From an uncultured Planctomycetia bacterium (lineage in GTDB: Bacteria; Omnitrophota; Gorgyraeia; JABMRG01): DNA of 64,000 nucleotides. Within the stretch, counting starts at the first letter, position 1; each line of letters starts with the position of its first letter. The notes beneath the pieces were generated by a model, which saw nothing but the letters and a program-made list of their open reading frames with translations, did no database searches and was not told the DNA's origin. This document shows positions 1 to 12,878 of the stretch, piece by piece. Position numbers and translations under genes: made by a program. The stretch is from positions 52,528 through 116,527 of the forward strand of contig CAZWMG010000004.1 in the NCBI GenBank assembly GCA_964634945.1, written 5' to 3'.

Positions 1-1310
1 TAACGCGCACTCTGTTACGCTTTGCTTGATCCTGCAAGAACTCCATCCAGCTCGCTGTGTTAAAATCGTTGCGATGCTTCTTATAATACTTAAAGTCATT
101 TGGCACGAGTTTAAGATTTAGAAAATTATTCAGCACCTGTAAGCTTTTCGAAATTTCGTATAGCTTGCGCTGTTTGTCGTTTTTTATTAATACATTTTCT
201 ATCGCAGTTGACAGTCCGTCCGCTTCTTCGAACAATTTAACGGTATCTATGTCCTCATGCGCGCGCACATACGCCACGTATTTTTCTAGGTTCGGATAAT
301 CGCTAATCGGCTCTTGCGCGTTGTTTGCCTCGCTTACCAGGTATTCATGATACTCCGATGGAGTAAGCTTGTTAAGCCGAAATTCAAGCGACTTTGTGAC
401 CAAATTCGTCAGTTGTTGTTTTGTGAGTTTTTTAGACAGCTGCTCAATAAGCGCGCTTCTCTCTTTTTCCACAACAGGGAATTTAATATCCTTTTCCATG
501 CCCGTAACTTCAATAAAGCGTGTAAAATCAGGGTAAGTACTGAGGCCCTGCCTGGTCTTGCCTGCAAGCATGTTTATATATTTGTAATAATCCGCCAAAC
601 TTATCTGCTCGTCTTCATATTCTTGCCGCGCCTTGTCGAGCTCTAGTAACTGCGGGGAATAAATCTTCTTTTGCAACGCTCTCACGACCGTGCTTATACC
701 GCCAATCTCCTTGTTCGCTTTTTCGCGAAATTGCTCTATAGCAAAAAAGGTGTCGAGATTGGCCTTGTATAGCTCTTCCTCTTCAAGCCCTTCAAGCACT
801 AGGTCGTAATCGGAGATTATATCGAGATATTCCTCTCCTGATATCTTGCCGGATTTAAGGTATTCCTCCGCTACGTCAAGCCTGCGCTCCTTATCCGCGT
901 ATGAACGCAGATACGAAAGGCTAACATCGCCCCAGCCGCCCTCTACCATAACTAGTCGTAAGTCATTATTTTGAACAAGCGCGTCTATAATGCGGCTTGA
1001 GTTCTTCTGCGCCTCATAGTTAGTGTGAATATCCTGAATATGTATTACTATCTTCGCGTCATCAGATTGTGCCTTATAACCTTCTACTATATGACCGGCG
1101 CCTTCTGGGATATCGATAGATAAAGGCAGGCTATCCTTGGCACTGCCCACATCGGAATCCGCTGGTAGCGCGGCCGGCAATACGGGCTGAACCGCTAGTC
1201 GATGTTTCTGCTTTTCGTAAAACCTCGCTATTCTTGGTGCGACTATCACAAGTATCGCCAGCGCGCACAATATTGCTGATGATAATACCACTATTCGTTT
1301 TTTAAGCACA
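1..1310 (-). CDS. 5'-partial gene running off the window edge. It encodes a signal-anchored protein whose N-terminal domain (IHIQDxH...EG...) is a paralog of the N-terminal domain of the giant ORF at 32288..38890. Probable GTG start at 1308-1310.
   Basis: Hand translation of the minus strand is open from about 1310 to position 1, with no stop. The N-terminus MLKKRIVVLSSAILCALAILVIV is hydrophobic. The stretch KIVIHIQDIHTNYEAQKNSSRIIDAL..VEGGWG aligns with KLIIHIQDRHVDPVTQNNIASIIEAL..LEGAFN of the giant ORF, and further blocks are colinear. The ORF track omits it because it has no stop inside the window. Confidence 0.55.
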
Positions 1311-1492
1311 ATGTCTCCTTGTTTTAGTGTCGTTATATCACTTATAAAATACTTTTACCAACTTAATATGAAGTATAGCACACCATTTTCCGGATGTCAA
1401 GCCCTAGATGCGGACATTTGCAACTACACTTACTCTACAACGTCATGGTTAAGCGCCGGATCTGGCCTATCAAAAAAATGAGGCCGCGGTGC

Positions 1493-3265
1493 TTATACGC
1501 GAAACAGGTTCTTCAGCCCCTCCTTATGCAAGATCTTGAGAGCTTGACGCACATGCTTCTTGTTGCGGGGATCCTTGTATTGTAAGAGCGCCCTTTGCAT
1601 CGCCCTTTCTCCCTGGGTTTTGGCCACATATATTTTTTTTCCTGTGTACGGATCCTTCTCTGTATAGTACATGGAACCTGATGTCGTCATGGGCAAAGGA
1701 ATGTAATCCTGTACCTGTTCCGGGTGAATGTGGTTTTTCGCGAGGTAGACTGCCAATTCAAGGGCATCACACAAGCGTGCGCCGGGGTGCGCTGTTATAA
1801 AATAATTTACTAGGTACTGCCTTTTGCCGGCTCTTTTACTAGCAGCCTCAAACCTGCTGATAAGCCTTGGATATTTATCAAACGCGGGTTTATTCATCAG
1901 CTTTAGCACAGGCGCGCTACAATGCTCGGGAGCAACTTTTAGTTGCCCGCTTACGTGAGATGCGCACAATTCATCCAGATATGCGTCTGAATAGTGGTCT
2001 ATTAATAGGTCATACCGCACCCCGCTACCAACAAATACATGTTGTACTCTGGGAACCTTCTTAAGCTCCTTCCAAAGCCGGATCGAATGTTCATAGCCCA
2101 GCTTCAGGTTCTTGCATTTTTCCGGCACAAGACACTGCTTATCGCGGCACGCGCCTGTTTTTTCCCACAAAGCGCAGGTTGCCATATACAGGTTTGCCGT
2201 TGGGCCACCAATATCTGTGACTGTCCCATGAAATGTTTTTTCTTTTGCGATCACTGATATCTCCTTTGCAATAGAGCGCGTGCTGCGACTTTGCACAATC
2301 CTACCCTGATGCAGGCCTAAGGAGCAAAAGCTGCATCCACCTGCGCACCCGCGGTGAGATGTGATCGAATGCTGCACAGTCGCGAACCCCGGAACCCCGC
2401 CATCTTTATCATACACGGTGTGCCAAGCGCGCATATATGGCAGGGCGTATATTCCATCTATCTCACTTGCTGTAAGCGGGGAAGCGGGGGGTTTCTGAAC
2501 AAGAAATCTATCGCCACATTGCTGGACAACTGCCTTACCTGAAAGCGGGTCTGATTCAGAGCATATAATCTTAAACGCTGCGTTAAACGCGTTCTTATCT
2601 TTTGCCATGCTCTCGAAAGAAGGGGACAAGACATAATCCTTAACCCCATCGAGCGTTTTTGCCACAACCACTGTACCGTTAATGTTGCTCAGATCAGGGG
2701 CGCCGATTGATTGTTTGAAGCGAGAAGCTATCTCTATAACTTGTTTCTCCCCCATGCCATAAACCAGAATATCAGCCTTTGCGTCCACTAAGAGCGAGCG
2801 CCTTACCTTGTTTGACCAGTAATCATAATGCGCGAGCCTGCGCATGCTTGCCTCTATGCCGCCTAAAACAATCGGCACGCCCTTAAATGCCTGTTTCAAT
2901 TTATTCGTATATATAATGCTTGCTCTTTCAGGCCTAAGAAACGCTTGCCCTCCTGGGGAATAATCATCTACATTGCGGATTTTCTTATTCGCGGTGTAGC
3001 GCGCGAGCATGGAATCAATATTACCTGCTGTAACCCCGAAAAAAAGCCTTGGCCTGCCCAGTATCTTAAAATCATCGAGGGTATGCCAATCCGGTTGAGC
3101 GATAATGCCCACTTTGAAGCCTGCGCCTTCTAATACCCTGCCTATAAGCGCGGCACCGTACGATGGGTGATCGACATACGCGTCTCCTGTGACCAACACT
3201 ATGTCCAGGCTGGACCAGCCACGTCTTGTCATATCCTTTTTTGATATCGGGAGAAAATCATTCAT
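1493..3265 (-). CDS. ygiQ: YgiQ-family radical SAM protein (UPF0313)
   Basis: 590 aa. The N-terminus WSSLDIVLVTGDAYVDHPSYGAALIGRVLEGAGFKVGIIAQPDW matches the conserved YgiQ N-terminal domain. A CxxxCxxC-type cluster (GCAGGCSFCS) is present. Confidence 0.8.
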   Translation of the reverse strand: MNDFLPISKKDMTRRGWSSLDIVLVTGDAYVDHPSYGAALIGRVLEGAGFKVGIIAQPDWHTLDDFKILGRPRLFFGVTAGNIDSMLARYTANKKIRNVDDYSPGGQAFLRPERASIIYTNKLKQAFKGVPIVLGGIEASMRRLAHYDYWSNKVRRSLLVDAKADILVYGMGEKQVIEIASRFKQSIGAPDLSNINGTVVVAKTLDGVKDYVLSPSFESMAKDKNAFNAAFKIICSESDPLSGKAVVQQCGDRFLVQKPPASPLTASEIDGIYALPYMRAWHTVYDKDGGVPGFATVQHSITSHRGCAGGCSFCSLGLHQGRIVQSRSTRSIAKEISVIAKEKTFHGTVTDIGGPTANLYMATCALWEKTGACRDKQCLVPEKCKNLKLGYEHSIRLWKELKKVPRVQHVFVGSGVRYDLLIDHYSDAYLDELCASHVSGQLKVAPEHCSAPVLKLMNKPAFDKYPRLISRFEAASKRAGKRQYLVNYFITAHPGARLCDALELAVYLAKNHIHPEQVQDYIPLPMTTSGSMYYTEKDPYTGKKIYVAKTQGERAMQRALLQYKDPRNKKHVRQALKILHKEGLKNLFRV

Positions 3266-3396
3266 ATTCTATGCGAAAGTTTGTTGGTTGCGCTTTCCAA
3301 GTCCATTATAACATTTAACTTGGGGGAGAGCCATAACTCTTTAACTAAAGAACATAAAAGACATACCAAAAAAATCTGTTTTAGGACATAAAAAAA

Positions 3397-3422
3397 CGCG
3401 GATTCTGGTATAGAATCCGCGC
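3397..3422 (-). terminator. Intrinsic terminator hairpin (GCGGATTCT-ggtat-AGAATCCGC). On the minus strand it is followed by a T-run.
   Basis: Perfect 9-bp stem flanked by A/T runs; could function on either strand. Confidence 0.4.
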
Positions 3423-3638
3423 AACAAAAAAGTGGGCCCCCTTCGCCTCACATATTAGAATATACTCGCAAGGCTACGGTGCCCATTACAGTAAAACAGG
3501 CGAAGTTTAAGAACCTATGATGCGGATTGCAGAACGGGGACTGACGGCGGTCCCAGCGGGCAGGCTTCGCTTTTTCCGAAGTTACATCGCGCCCAAGCTA
3601 CACCAGCCTATCCCGCAAGCTCAGGCTCATGGTAAGCA

Positions 3639-3659
3639 AAACCCGCCAAAAGGCGGGTT
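3639..3659 (-). terminator. Terminator hairpin (AACCCGCC-aaaa-GGCGGGTT) immediately 3' of tRNA-Glu on the minus strand
   Basis: 8-bp GC-rich stem. On the minus strand it is followed by TTTTGCTT. Confidence 0.45.
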
Positions 3660-3670
3660 GCATCGAACCA

Positions 3671-3746
3671 TGGTGACCCCAGCGGGACTCGAACCCGCGT
3701 AAACGGCTCGAAAAGCCGTTGTCCTAGACCGCTAGACGATGGGGCC
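3671..3746 (-). tRNA. tRNA-Glu (anticodon TTC)
   Basis: The reverse complement folds as a cloverleaf. Acceptor GGCCCCA/TGGGGTC, D-arm GTCTAGCGGTCTAGGAC, anticodon stem CGGC/GCCG with loop TTTTCGA, T-arm GCGGGTTCGAGTCCCGC, and an encoded CCA. Confidence 0.8.
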
Positions 3747-3757
3747 ACTTAATATAC

Positions 3758-6187
3758 TTATTCGCCGGCAGCTACTAAGGCGATTGCTGAAACACTGTCT
3801 TTCGGGGTCTTTAGTGTGATCATCTTAACCCCCTGCGTAGAGCGGCCGCTTGCGCGAATACCTTTCACCGATGTTCGTACAATCGTACCGCTTTCCGTAA
3901 TAATCATGAGCTCGTCTCTGTCTGTCACCATCTTTAAGCCGATTGCGCAACCTATTTTTGGCGAAGTTTTGAGATTAATTATACCTTTTCCCCCGCGTGA
4001 TTGCAATCTATATTCGCCGACCGGCGTACGTTTTCCAAAGCCCTTTTCTGATGCTGTTAGTAGTGTCGCGTCATCCTGCGCCACTACCATACCGATCACG
4101 CTGTCTTTTTTACCCAGCGATATGCCCTTGACCCCTCGTGCGGCACGACCCATGCTGCGAATGTCTTGTGCCTTAAAGCGTATTGCCTTTCCGTCGCGTG
4201 TCGCAAGAATAACATCTTGATGATCATCTGTAAGCACAACCTCAATAAGGCTGTCATCCGCATCGATGGTAATGCCTATAATCCCGCCTTTACGCGGGTT
4301 TGCGTACGCAGCTAGTTCTGTCTTTTTGATAATTCCTTTTGCGGTAGCCATCACCAGAGCGCCACCTTTATCAAATTCCTTGACTCGCATAAACGCGCTT
4401 ATCCTCTCTCCCGGCATAAGCTGTAATAAATTTACCAGCGCCTTGCCTTTGGAAGTGCGAGCTGCCTGAGGTATTTCATGCACCTTAAGCCAAAAGACCT
4501 TGCCCTTGTCACTAAAAAACAATATATGCTCATGCGTTGTCGCAATGAACAAGTGCTCGATAAAATCTTCGTCTTTAAGTTCCGCGCCCATCACGCCTCG
4601 CCCGCCTCGGTTTTGTTTGCGGTAAGAACTAACAGGCAACCGCTTAATATATCCTCCGTGGCTTACTGTAATCACAACGTCTTCTTCCGCTATCATATCT
4701 TCAATCTGCAGGTCTTCTACCTCTCCTACGATATCTGTCCTGCGCTCGTCTCCATATTTTTTCTGCAGCTCCACTAACTCGTCTTTTATAATCTTAAGGA
4801 CTTTTTTGGCGCTGGCAAGTATTGATTCATAAAGCTCTATTTTTTTCAGCAACTCAAGATACTCCTCCTCTAACTTAGTTCTCTCAAGCGCCGTAAGGCG
4901 CTGTAGCTGCATCTCTAATATGGATTGGGCCTGTATCTCGCTTAAGCCAAAGTTTTTCACAAGCGCCTTCTTGGCGGATTGCGTATCTTTTGACTGCTTG
5001 ATTGTCTTAATAATCTTGTCTATGTGCGTAAGCGCTATCTTTAAACCCTCTAATATGTGCGCTCTATCTTGCGCCTTTTTTAATAAGTATTGTGTTCGCC
5101 TTGTTATGATCTCTTTTCTGTGGTCGATATATATATCCAGAAGCTGCCTAAGGGTCAGCACGCGCGGCTGGTTGTTAACAAGCGCAAGCATGATAATGCC
5201 AAAGGTCGATGAAAGCTGTGTATGTTTATAGAGCTGGTTAAGTACTACCTGAGCAGGCCTATCACGTTTTAGCTCAACCACAACGCGAATACCCTCTTTG
5301 TCTGATTCGTCTCTAATATCTGAAATGCCCTCGATCTTTTTATCGGTGACGAGCTTCGCTATAGATTCGATAAGATTGGACTTGTTAGCCTGATAAGGCA
5401 GCTCTGTGATGATGATTGATGATTTGCCGTTCTTCTGTTCTTCGATCTGCGCGCGTGCGTGTAGCTTGATACGCCCGCGGCCTGTTGTATATGCGCTATG
5501 GATACCGCTCTTGCCGCAAATAGTCGCGCCTGTCGGAAAATCGGGCCCCTTCACGATCTTTAAAAGGTCCTTTACCGGTATATTTGGCTCATCGATGATT
5601 CTTATGATAGCGCCTGCTATCTCATTAAGGTTATGAGGAGGCATATTGGTTGCCATCCCTACCGCTATGCCACTACACCCATTTACTAATAACGTAGGCA
5701 GCGCAGAGGGCAATAAGACCGGTTCTTTTAAAGAACCATCAAAGTTAGGGGCAAAATCTATCGTGTCTTTATCGATGTCTGTTAATAACTCGTCAGAAAT
5801 TGAGGCCATGCGCGCCTCTGTATATCTCATGGCAGCCGCGGGATCTCCGTCAACAGAGCCCCAGTTGCCTTGTCCATCAACTAGCGGGTAACGCAAAGCA
5901 AAATCCTGCACCATGCGCACTAAGGCGTCATAAATAGAAGAGTCCCCATGCGGATGGTAACGGCCTAAGCAGTCCCCTACTATACGCGCGCTTTTCTTGT
6001 ATGGCTTGCTGTGCTGTAACGCTAAGCCGTGCATAGTGTAGAGGATTCTACGCTGCACCGGCTTGAGGCCGTCGCGCGCGTCTGGAAGCGCTCGCCCAAC
6101 AATAACACTCATCGCATAATTGATATATGACTCTTTAATCTCCGCTTCCACATATCTCTTTGTAATTCTCTCGCCGTGCGTATACAT
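3758..6187 (-). CDS. gyrA: DNA gyrase subunit A
   Basis: 809 aa. Active-site region [16 protein letters not shown], and C-terminal beta-pinwheel repeats. Confidence 0.95.
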   Translation of the reverse strand: MYTHGERITKRYVEAEIKESYINYAMSVIVGRALPDARDGLKPVQRRILYTMHGLALQHSKPYKKSARIVGDCLGRYHPHGDSSIYDALVRMVQDFALRYPLVDGQGNWGSVDGDPAAAMRYTEARMASISDELLTDIDKDTIDFAPNFDGSLKEPVLLPSALPTLLVNGCSGIAVGMATNMPPHNLNEIAGAIIRIIDEPNIPVKDLLKIVKGPDFPTGATICGKSGIHSAYTTGRGRIKLHARAQIEEQKNGKSSIIITELPYQANKSNLIESIAKLVTDKKIEGISDIRDESDKEGIRVVVELKRDRPAQVVLNQLYKHTQLSSTFGIIMLALVNNQPRVLTLRQLLDIYIDHRKEIITRRTQYLLKKAQDRAHILEGLKIALTHIDKIIKTIKQSKDTQSAKKALVKNFGLSEIQAQSILEMQLQRLTALERTKLEEEYLELLKKIELYESILASAKKVLKIIKDELVELQKKYGDERRTDIVGEVEDLQIEDMIAEEDVVITVSHGGYIKRLPVSSYRKQNRGGRGVMGAELKDEDFIEHLFIATTHEHILFFSDKGKVFWLKVHEIPQAARTSKGKALVNLLQLMPGERISAFMRVKEFDKGGALVMATAKGIIKKTELAAYANPRKGGIIGITIDADDSLIEVVLTDDHQDVILATRDGKAIRFKAQDIRSMGRAARGVKGISLGKKDSVIGMVVAQDDATLLTASEKGFGKRTPVGEYRLQSRGGKGIINLKTSPKIGCAIGLKMVTDRDELMIITESGTIVRTSVKGIRASGRSTQGVKMITLKTPKDSVSAIALVAAGE

Positions 6188-6269
6188 ACTATTCCCTTTT
6201 TTAGTGTCTCGTTGTGCGTCGCGCGTATCGCGTATTGCGTAAAAACTGTAACGCGATACGCAATACGAA

Positions 6270-8870
<2,601 letters not shown>

Positions 8871-8882
8871 TTATGCTATTTG

Positions 8883-9191
8883 CTAGCATTCTCCTGCTCT
8901 GAATTTGATTTTTATCGGGTTTTTGTTTTTCAAGTATCTATTAAGCCTTTTTTCTATTTTACTTCTGTTTATGTTTAATTGGTAAATCCATGTTGGACTA
9001 TCTACGTCTATTATTAGCGTTGTTTTGGTTATTTTTTTTGGTTTTGTGTGCCTTGCCGCGTTTTGCCCGGCCGCGTCTACCCACGCGGACCAGACCTCCT
9101 CTTCGCTTAAGAGGCCCTTTTTTTGTTCTTCCGCTGTCTTTATCGCCGCCTTAAGTACCTCTTTTAATGGTGTTGGGCCTGTATGTTTCAT
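8883..9191 (-). CDS. dciA: DUF721 / DciA-like small protein (putative replicative helicase loader/operator)
   Basis: 102 aa, basic. It sits between dnaN and gyrB, the conserved DciA position. Assignment rests on size and context. Confidence 0.5.
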   Translation of the reverse strand: MKHTGPTPLKEVLKAAIKTAEEQKKGLLSEEEVWSAWVDAAGQNAARHTKPKKITKTTLIIDVDSPTWIYQLNINRSKIEKRLNRYLKNKNPIKIKFRAGEC

Positions 9192-9194
9192 TAT

Positions 9195-10286
9195 TTATAT
9201 TATTTGCATGGGCAGCACTATATATATGTATGTATCGTCTATACGTATAACGCCTGGTTTCTCCGGGCCTGTTAACTCTATCTCTACAATGTCTTGCTTT
9301 ATGCTTTTTAGCGCTTCTTGCAGGTATGTGGGATTAAACCCCACTAACAAGTCGTTGCCTGTATACTTAACCTCTATCTCTTCTTTTGTCTCTCCTATCT
9401 CTGGCGTTGCCTTCGAAACGACTAATTTGTTTTTTGTTAACTGTAGTTTTATCGCCTGTGATTCTGGTGTTGTAAGCAGGCTGGCCCTCTTTATAGCAGG
9501 TATAAGTTTATTGCGTTCTACTACAAGTTTTTTATCTGCCTCATTAGGTATCGCTTGCTTATAATCCGGGAATTCCCCCTCTACGAGCCTTGACACTATA
9601 TACAAGTTGTTTAAAGAAAATGTGACTTGGTTTTTTGAAAATTGTATTTTTATTTGTTCTGTATCATTTAAATTTTTTAAAAGTTCTTGTGTTGTTTTTG
9701 TGGGTATTATATATTTTTTTTCTTCTTGTGCGCTTGTCGCTTGTTTGTGTTTTACTATTGATAATCTTCTTCCGTCTGTTGCTATTAGTTTTATATTATT
9801 TTTTGATATAGCGCAGCAAATGCCGTTTAATACATATCTTGTTTCATCTCTGCTCATCGCGAACGTTGTTGCTAATAACATTTGTTTTAAGTCTGTTTGT
9901 TTTATTACAATTTCCTCTATTGTGGTTGGTGTTGGTAGTTGTGGGAATTCATCTTTTGGTGTAGTTAAGATTTTACATGTGGTTGTCTCTGTTTTTATAA
10001 TAATGGTGTTGTTTTTTTTAGCTGTTATCTCTATCTCTGTATTTGGTAGTTCTTTTATAATGTCTGCGAAGCGCTTTGCCGGTACGGTGACTGCTCCTTT
10101 TTCGTGAATCTTTGCCTCTGTTGTCGCTGTTATTCCTATATCTAGATCTGTTGCTGTGATTCTCACGTTGTTATTTACTTCTAGCAGTACGTTTAATAAT
10201 ATGGGTAATGTATTTTTTTGCGTTATCGCGCCAATAACAGCTTGTATTCCTAATAACAGATCATCTTTTTTTATACTTATCCTCAT
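9195..10286 (-). CDS. dnaN: DNA polymerase III beta sliding clamp
   Basis: 363 aa. Begins MRISIKKDDLL..; three-domain length; located next to dnaA. Confidence 0.9.
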   Translation of the reverse strand: MRISIKKDDLLLGIQAVIGAITQKNTLPILLNVLLEVNNNVRITATDLDIGITATTEAKIHEKGAVTVPAKRFADIIKELPNTEIEITAKKNNTIIIKTETTTCKILTTPKDEFPQLPTPTTIEEIVIKQTDLKQMLLATTFAMSRDETRYVLNGICCAISKNNIKLIATDGRRLSIVKHKQATSAQEEKKYIIPTKTTQELLKNLNDTEQIKIQFSKNQVTFSLNNLYIVSRLVEGEFPDYKQAIPNEADKKLVVERNKLIPAIKRASLLTTPESQAIKLQLTKNKLVVSKATPEIGETKEEIEVKYTGNDLLVGFNPTYLQEALKSIKQDIVEIELTGPEKPGVIRIDDTYIYIVLPMQII

Positions 10287-10367
10287 ATCAACAACCCTTA
10301 TTATTATAAATATATACTTTCTTAAAATAGTAATAGTAATTACTATTGTGTATAAGTCAATAACTCT

Positions 10368-11741
10368 TTAACTAACGTCACGTATTTTAGTTACGATATT
10401 CTCTACCACACTCTTAATATGTGGATTCTTTTTAATATCTTCTTCTATCTTATCACACGCATGGATTATAGTGGAATGATCCCTGCCGCCAAATAATCCG
10501 CCAATCTCAACAAGAGGAAGTTTTGTCATTTCCCTAGATAAAAACATTGCGACTTGCCTGGGGTATGCCACTTTCTTGGTCCGCTTTTTAATCCGCATGT
10601 CATTACTGCCAATACCAAAATATTCCGCGACAACAAATTGTATCCTCTCAACATTTATATTAACCTTGTTTTCAACAACAATTTCCTTTAATACGTCGCG
10701 AGCAACAGCGATATCTATCTTATGGCTGACAAGGGACGAATACGCAATTACCCTAATTAACGCCCCCTCTAATTCACGAATGTTGGCGGTAACATTATCC
10801 GCTATATAAGTAATTACATCCATAGGGACAACAACAGTCTCTTTTTCAAGTTTTTTCTTTAATATGGCGATGCGCGTTTCCATGTCAGGTGGCTGCATAT
10901 CCGTAACAAGGCCCCACTCAAAACGAGATACAAGCCTCTTCTCCATCGCCGGCATCTCTTTTGGGGATCTGTCACTAGAAAAAACAATCTGCTTATGCGC
11001 GTCATAAAGCGTGTTAAAGGTGTGAAAAAACTCTTCCTGAGTAGCCTCTTTACCGGATATAAAATGTATATCATCTATTAAAAGAACATCCTGGTGCCGG
11101 TATTTATCTTTAAATTTTTGCGCAGTCCGGTTCTGAATAGAGTTAATAAGTTGATTAGTAAATTTTTCACTCGATATATAAGTTACTTTCAAGCGGGGTT
11201 GTTTTGCAAGGAGATGTAGGCCAATGGCCTGCATTAAATGGGTCTTACCAAGCCCTACGCCGCCATAAATAAACAGAGGGTTGTACGCCTTGGCAGGGCT
11301 ATCAGCGACGGCAAGGGCAGCGGCATGCGAGAAGCGGTTGCACCCGCCTATTACAAAATTATCAAACGTGTAGCGCTGGTTAAGAGTGGTGTCTTGCCCC
11401 CGGGCAAGTCTATCAAAAGAACGAGAAAATAGTTTAAAGCCCCCCTTCTTGTCGTTTATTTGCTCCGCGTCTTGGCCCTCCTGCGGAGCGTGCGCGCACA
11501 CAACAAAATTAATTTTTATTCCTTCGCTGCCAATCTCCCGGACTGCAGCATTAACCTGATCCATATAATGGTCAAGGAGCCACTCCTTAAAAAAATTATT
11601 CGGCACCTCAACAATAATTGTATCGCCTTCTACCTTAGTTTGCTTAGTAGGCACAAACCACGTCTCATAGCTTTGCGGGCTGATCTGTTTATGTAAACAA
11701 GCTAGAATCGACGTCCAGGTGTTATCTGTTGCGTGTACCAT
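10368..11741 (-). CDS. dnaA: Chromosomal replication initiator DnaA. Start probably at the internal Met (MVHATDNTW); the track's longest frame runs to 11804.
   Basis: AAA+ Walker A GGVGLGKTHLMQAIG. Box VII. C-terminal HTH KVAYPRQVAMFLSREMT. Confidence 0.9.
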   Translation of the reverse strand: MVHATDNTWTSILACLHKQISPQSYETWFVPTKQTKVEGDTIIVEVPNNFFKEWLLDHYMDQVNAAVREIGSEGIKINFVVCAHAPQEGQDAEQINDKKGGFKLFSRSFDRLARGQDTTLNQRYTFDNFVIGGCNRFSHAAALAVADSPAKAYNPLFIYGGVGLGKTHLMQAIGLHLLAKQPRLKVTYISSEKFTNQLINSIQNRTAQKFKDKYRHQDVLLIDDIHFISGKEATQEEFFHTFNTLYDAHKQIVFSSDRSPKEMPAMEKRLVSRFEWGLVTDMQPPDMETRIAILKKKLEKETVVVPMDVITYIADNVTANIRELEGALIRVIAYSSLVSHKIDIAVARDVLKEIVVENKVNINVERIQFVVAEYFGIGSNDMRIKKRTKKVAYPRQVAMFLSREMTKLPLVEIGGLFGGRDHSTIIHACDKIEEDIKKNPHIKSVVENIVTKIRDVS

Positions 11742-12007
11742 ATAGAAAGACCTTGAAGTTTGCGTAAATTGTGTACAACTTGATATCATAATCAAGCGGC
11801 ACAAAAACGCACATATAATAAACAGCTACAATAAACATGTTGCCGCAGCCTTGCCGACGACAAAATAGTGAAAACAACAACACGGCTATTACTTTTTGCG
11901 TACAACACAGACAAGGTAGAACATAGCGCGCAAGACAACAGAACGCTTGCGCTAAACGAAATGATTATAACAGAAACAAGGGCATTTGCAAGAAAAAAGT
12001 TTTTAAC

Positions 12008-12035
12008 TTGACTTAGCGTGTGTTTATGATATACT
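12008..12035 (+). promoter_or_regulatory. Sigma70-like promoter for rpmH-rnpA-yidD-yidC (TTGACT, 16 nt, TGaTATACT extended -10)
   Basis: Read directly. The spacing and the extended -10 TG are good. Confidence 0.4.
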
Positions 12036-12043
12036 TTCTTACT

Positions 12044-12181
12044 ATGAAAAAACATATTAAACAGAAATCAAACTTGAAGCGAAAGCGCACGCACGGATTC
12101 AGGCAGCGCATGAGCACCACGGGTGGCCAGGCAGTGCTTAAGCGGCGAAGACAAAAAGGTCGGAAAGTTTTGTCTGCATGA
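12044..12181 (+). CDS. rpmH: 50S ribosomal protein L34
   Basis: 45 aa: [45 protein letters not shown]. Below the ORF-track size cutoff. Stop overlaps the rnpA start (ATGA). Confidence 0.85.
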   Translation: MKKHIKQKSNLKRKRTHGFRQRMSTTGGQAVLKRRRQKGRKVLSA

Positions 12182-12558
12182 TACTTACCCCGCCTGCCCC
12201 GCGGCAGGCACCACCGCACCAGAAATTCAAACGACTTATCCGCACCAGTGATTTTATGCGCGCATATCGTCAAGGGCGCCGCGTTAGGGGTCATGTTGCG
12301 CGAATATATTATTTACCGAACCAACGAGCCTTCAGTCGTTTAGGTGTAGTAGTGAGTAAGCGGGTCAGTAAAAAGGCAACAGATCGCAATTGGCACAAGC
12401 GCGTTATCCGAGAGTGGTTCATGCAACACGCTAATATTGCTACTGTAGGCCACCTCGACATTGTAATTATGGTCATTAAGGCAATGCCCACGACGCAACC
12501 TGGTTCTGCCGAGCTCAGGAGAGCGCTTGCACTACTTAGTCAACAAATATTAACATAA
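12178..12558 (+). CDS. rnpA: RNase P protein component
   Basis: Basic 126-aa protein directly after rpmH with an ATGA overlap. Confidence 0.8.
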   Translation: MILTPPAPRQAPPHQKFKRLIRTSDFMRAYRQGRRVRGHVARIYYLPNQRAFSRLGVVVSKRVSKKATDRNWHKRVIREWFMQHANIATVGHLDIVIMVIKAMPTTQPGSAELRRALALLSQQILT

Positions 12559-12565
12559 ATCCACT

Positions 12566-12775
12566 ATGACATCTCTTATTAAACAGATAATACGCCTATA
12601 TCAGCACGCCTTTTTTTACAATAGACAATTCATGCAATGCAAATACCACCCAAGCTGTTCCGATTATATGATGCTTGCGCTAGACCGGTATGGTCTCTGG
12701 GGAGGCACTCTTAGGGGGCTTTGGCGCATTGTGCGCTGCAACCCTTTTGCAAAGGGCGGTATGGATATGCCGTAA
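12566..12775 (+). CDS. yidD: Membrane protein insertion efficiency factor YidD
   Basis: 69 aa. CKYHPSCSDY...RCNPF..GG.D motif. Confidence 0.85.
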   Translation: MTSLIKQIIRLYQHAFFYNRQFMQCKYHPSCSDYMMLALDRYGLWGGTLRGLWRIVRCNPFAKGGMDMP

Positions 12776-12878
12776 CGCATACTACAAGGCCAAGTGCACA
12801 AGGTTACGGCAATAGCAGTATAACCGTATCATCTTGAACCGTATCATCGCACAACACACTGAAAACAAAGGATTTATA

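Noticed and set aside
314-646. 110-aa plus-strand ORF
   Set aside because: It lies entirely inside the long open minus-strand frame that is homologous to the giant protein's N-domain. It has no RBS and a low-complexity translation.
3517-3702. 61-aa ORF overlapping tRNA-Glu and its terminator
   Set aside because: It overlaps a clear tRNA on the other strand and the region is hairpin-rich. More likely non-coding.
11805-12043. oriC with DnaA boxes in the dnaA-rpmH spacer
   Set aside because: No 9-mers matching TTATCCACA or TGTGGATAA within one mismatch were found by eye. Left as an open question in findings.
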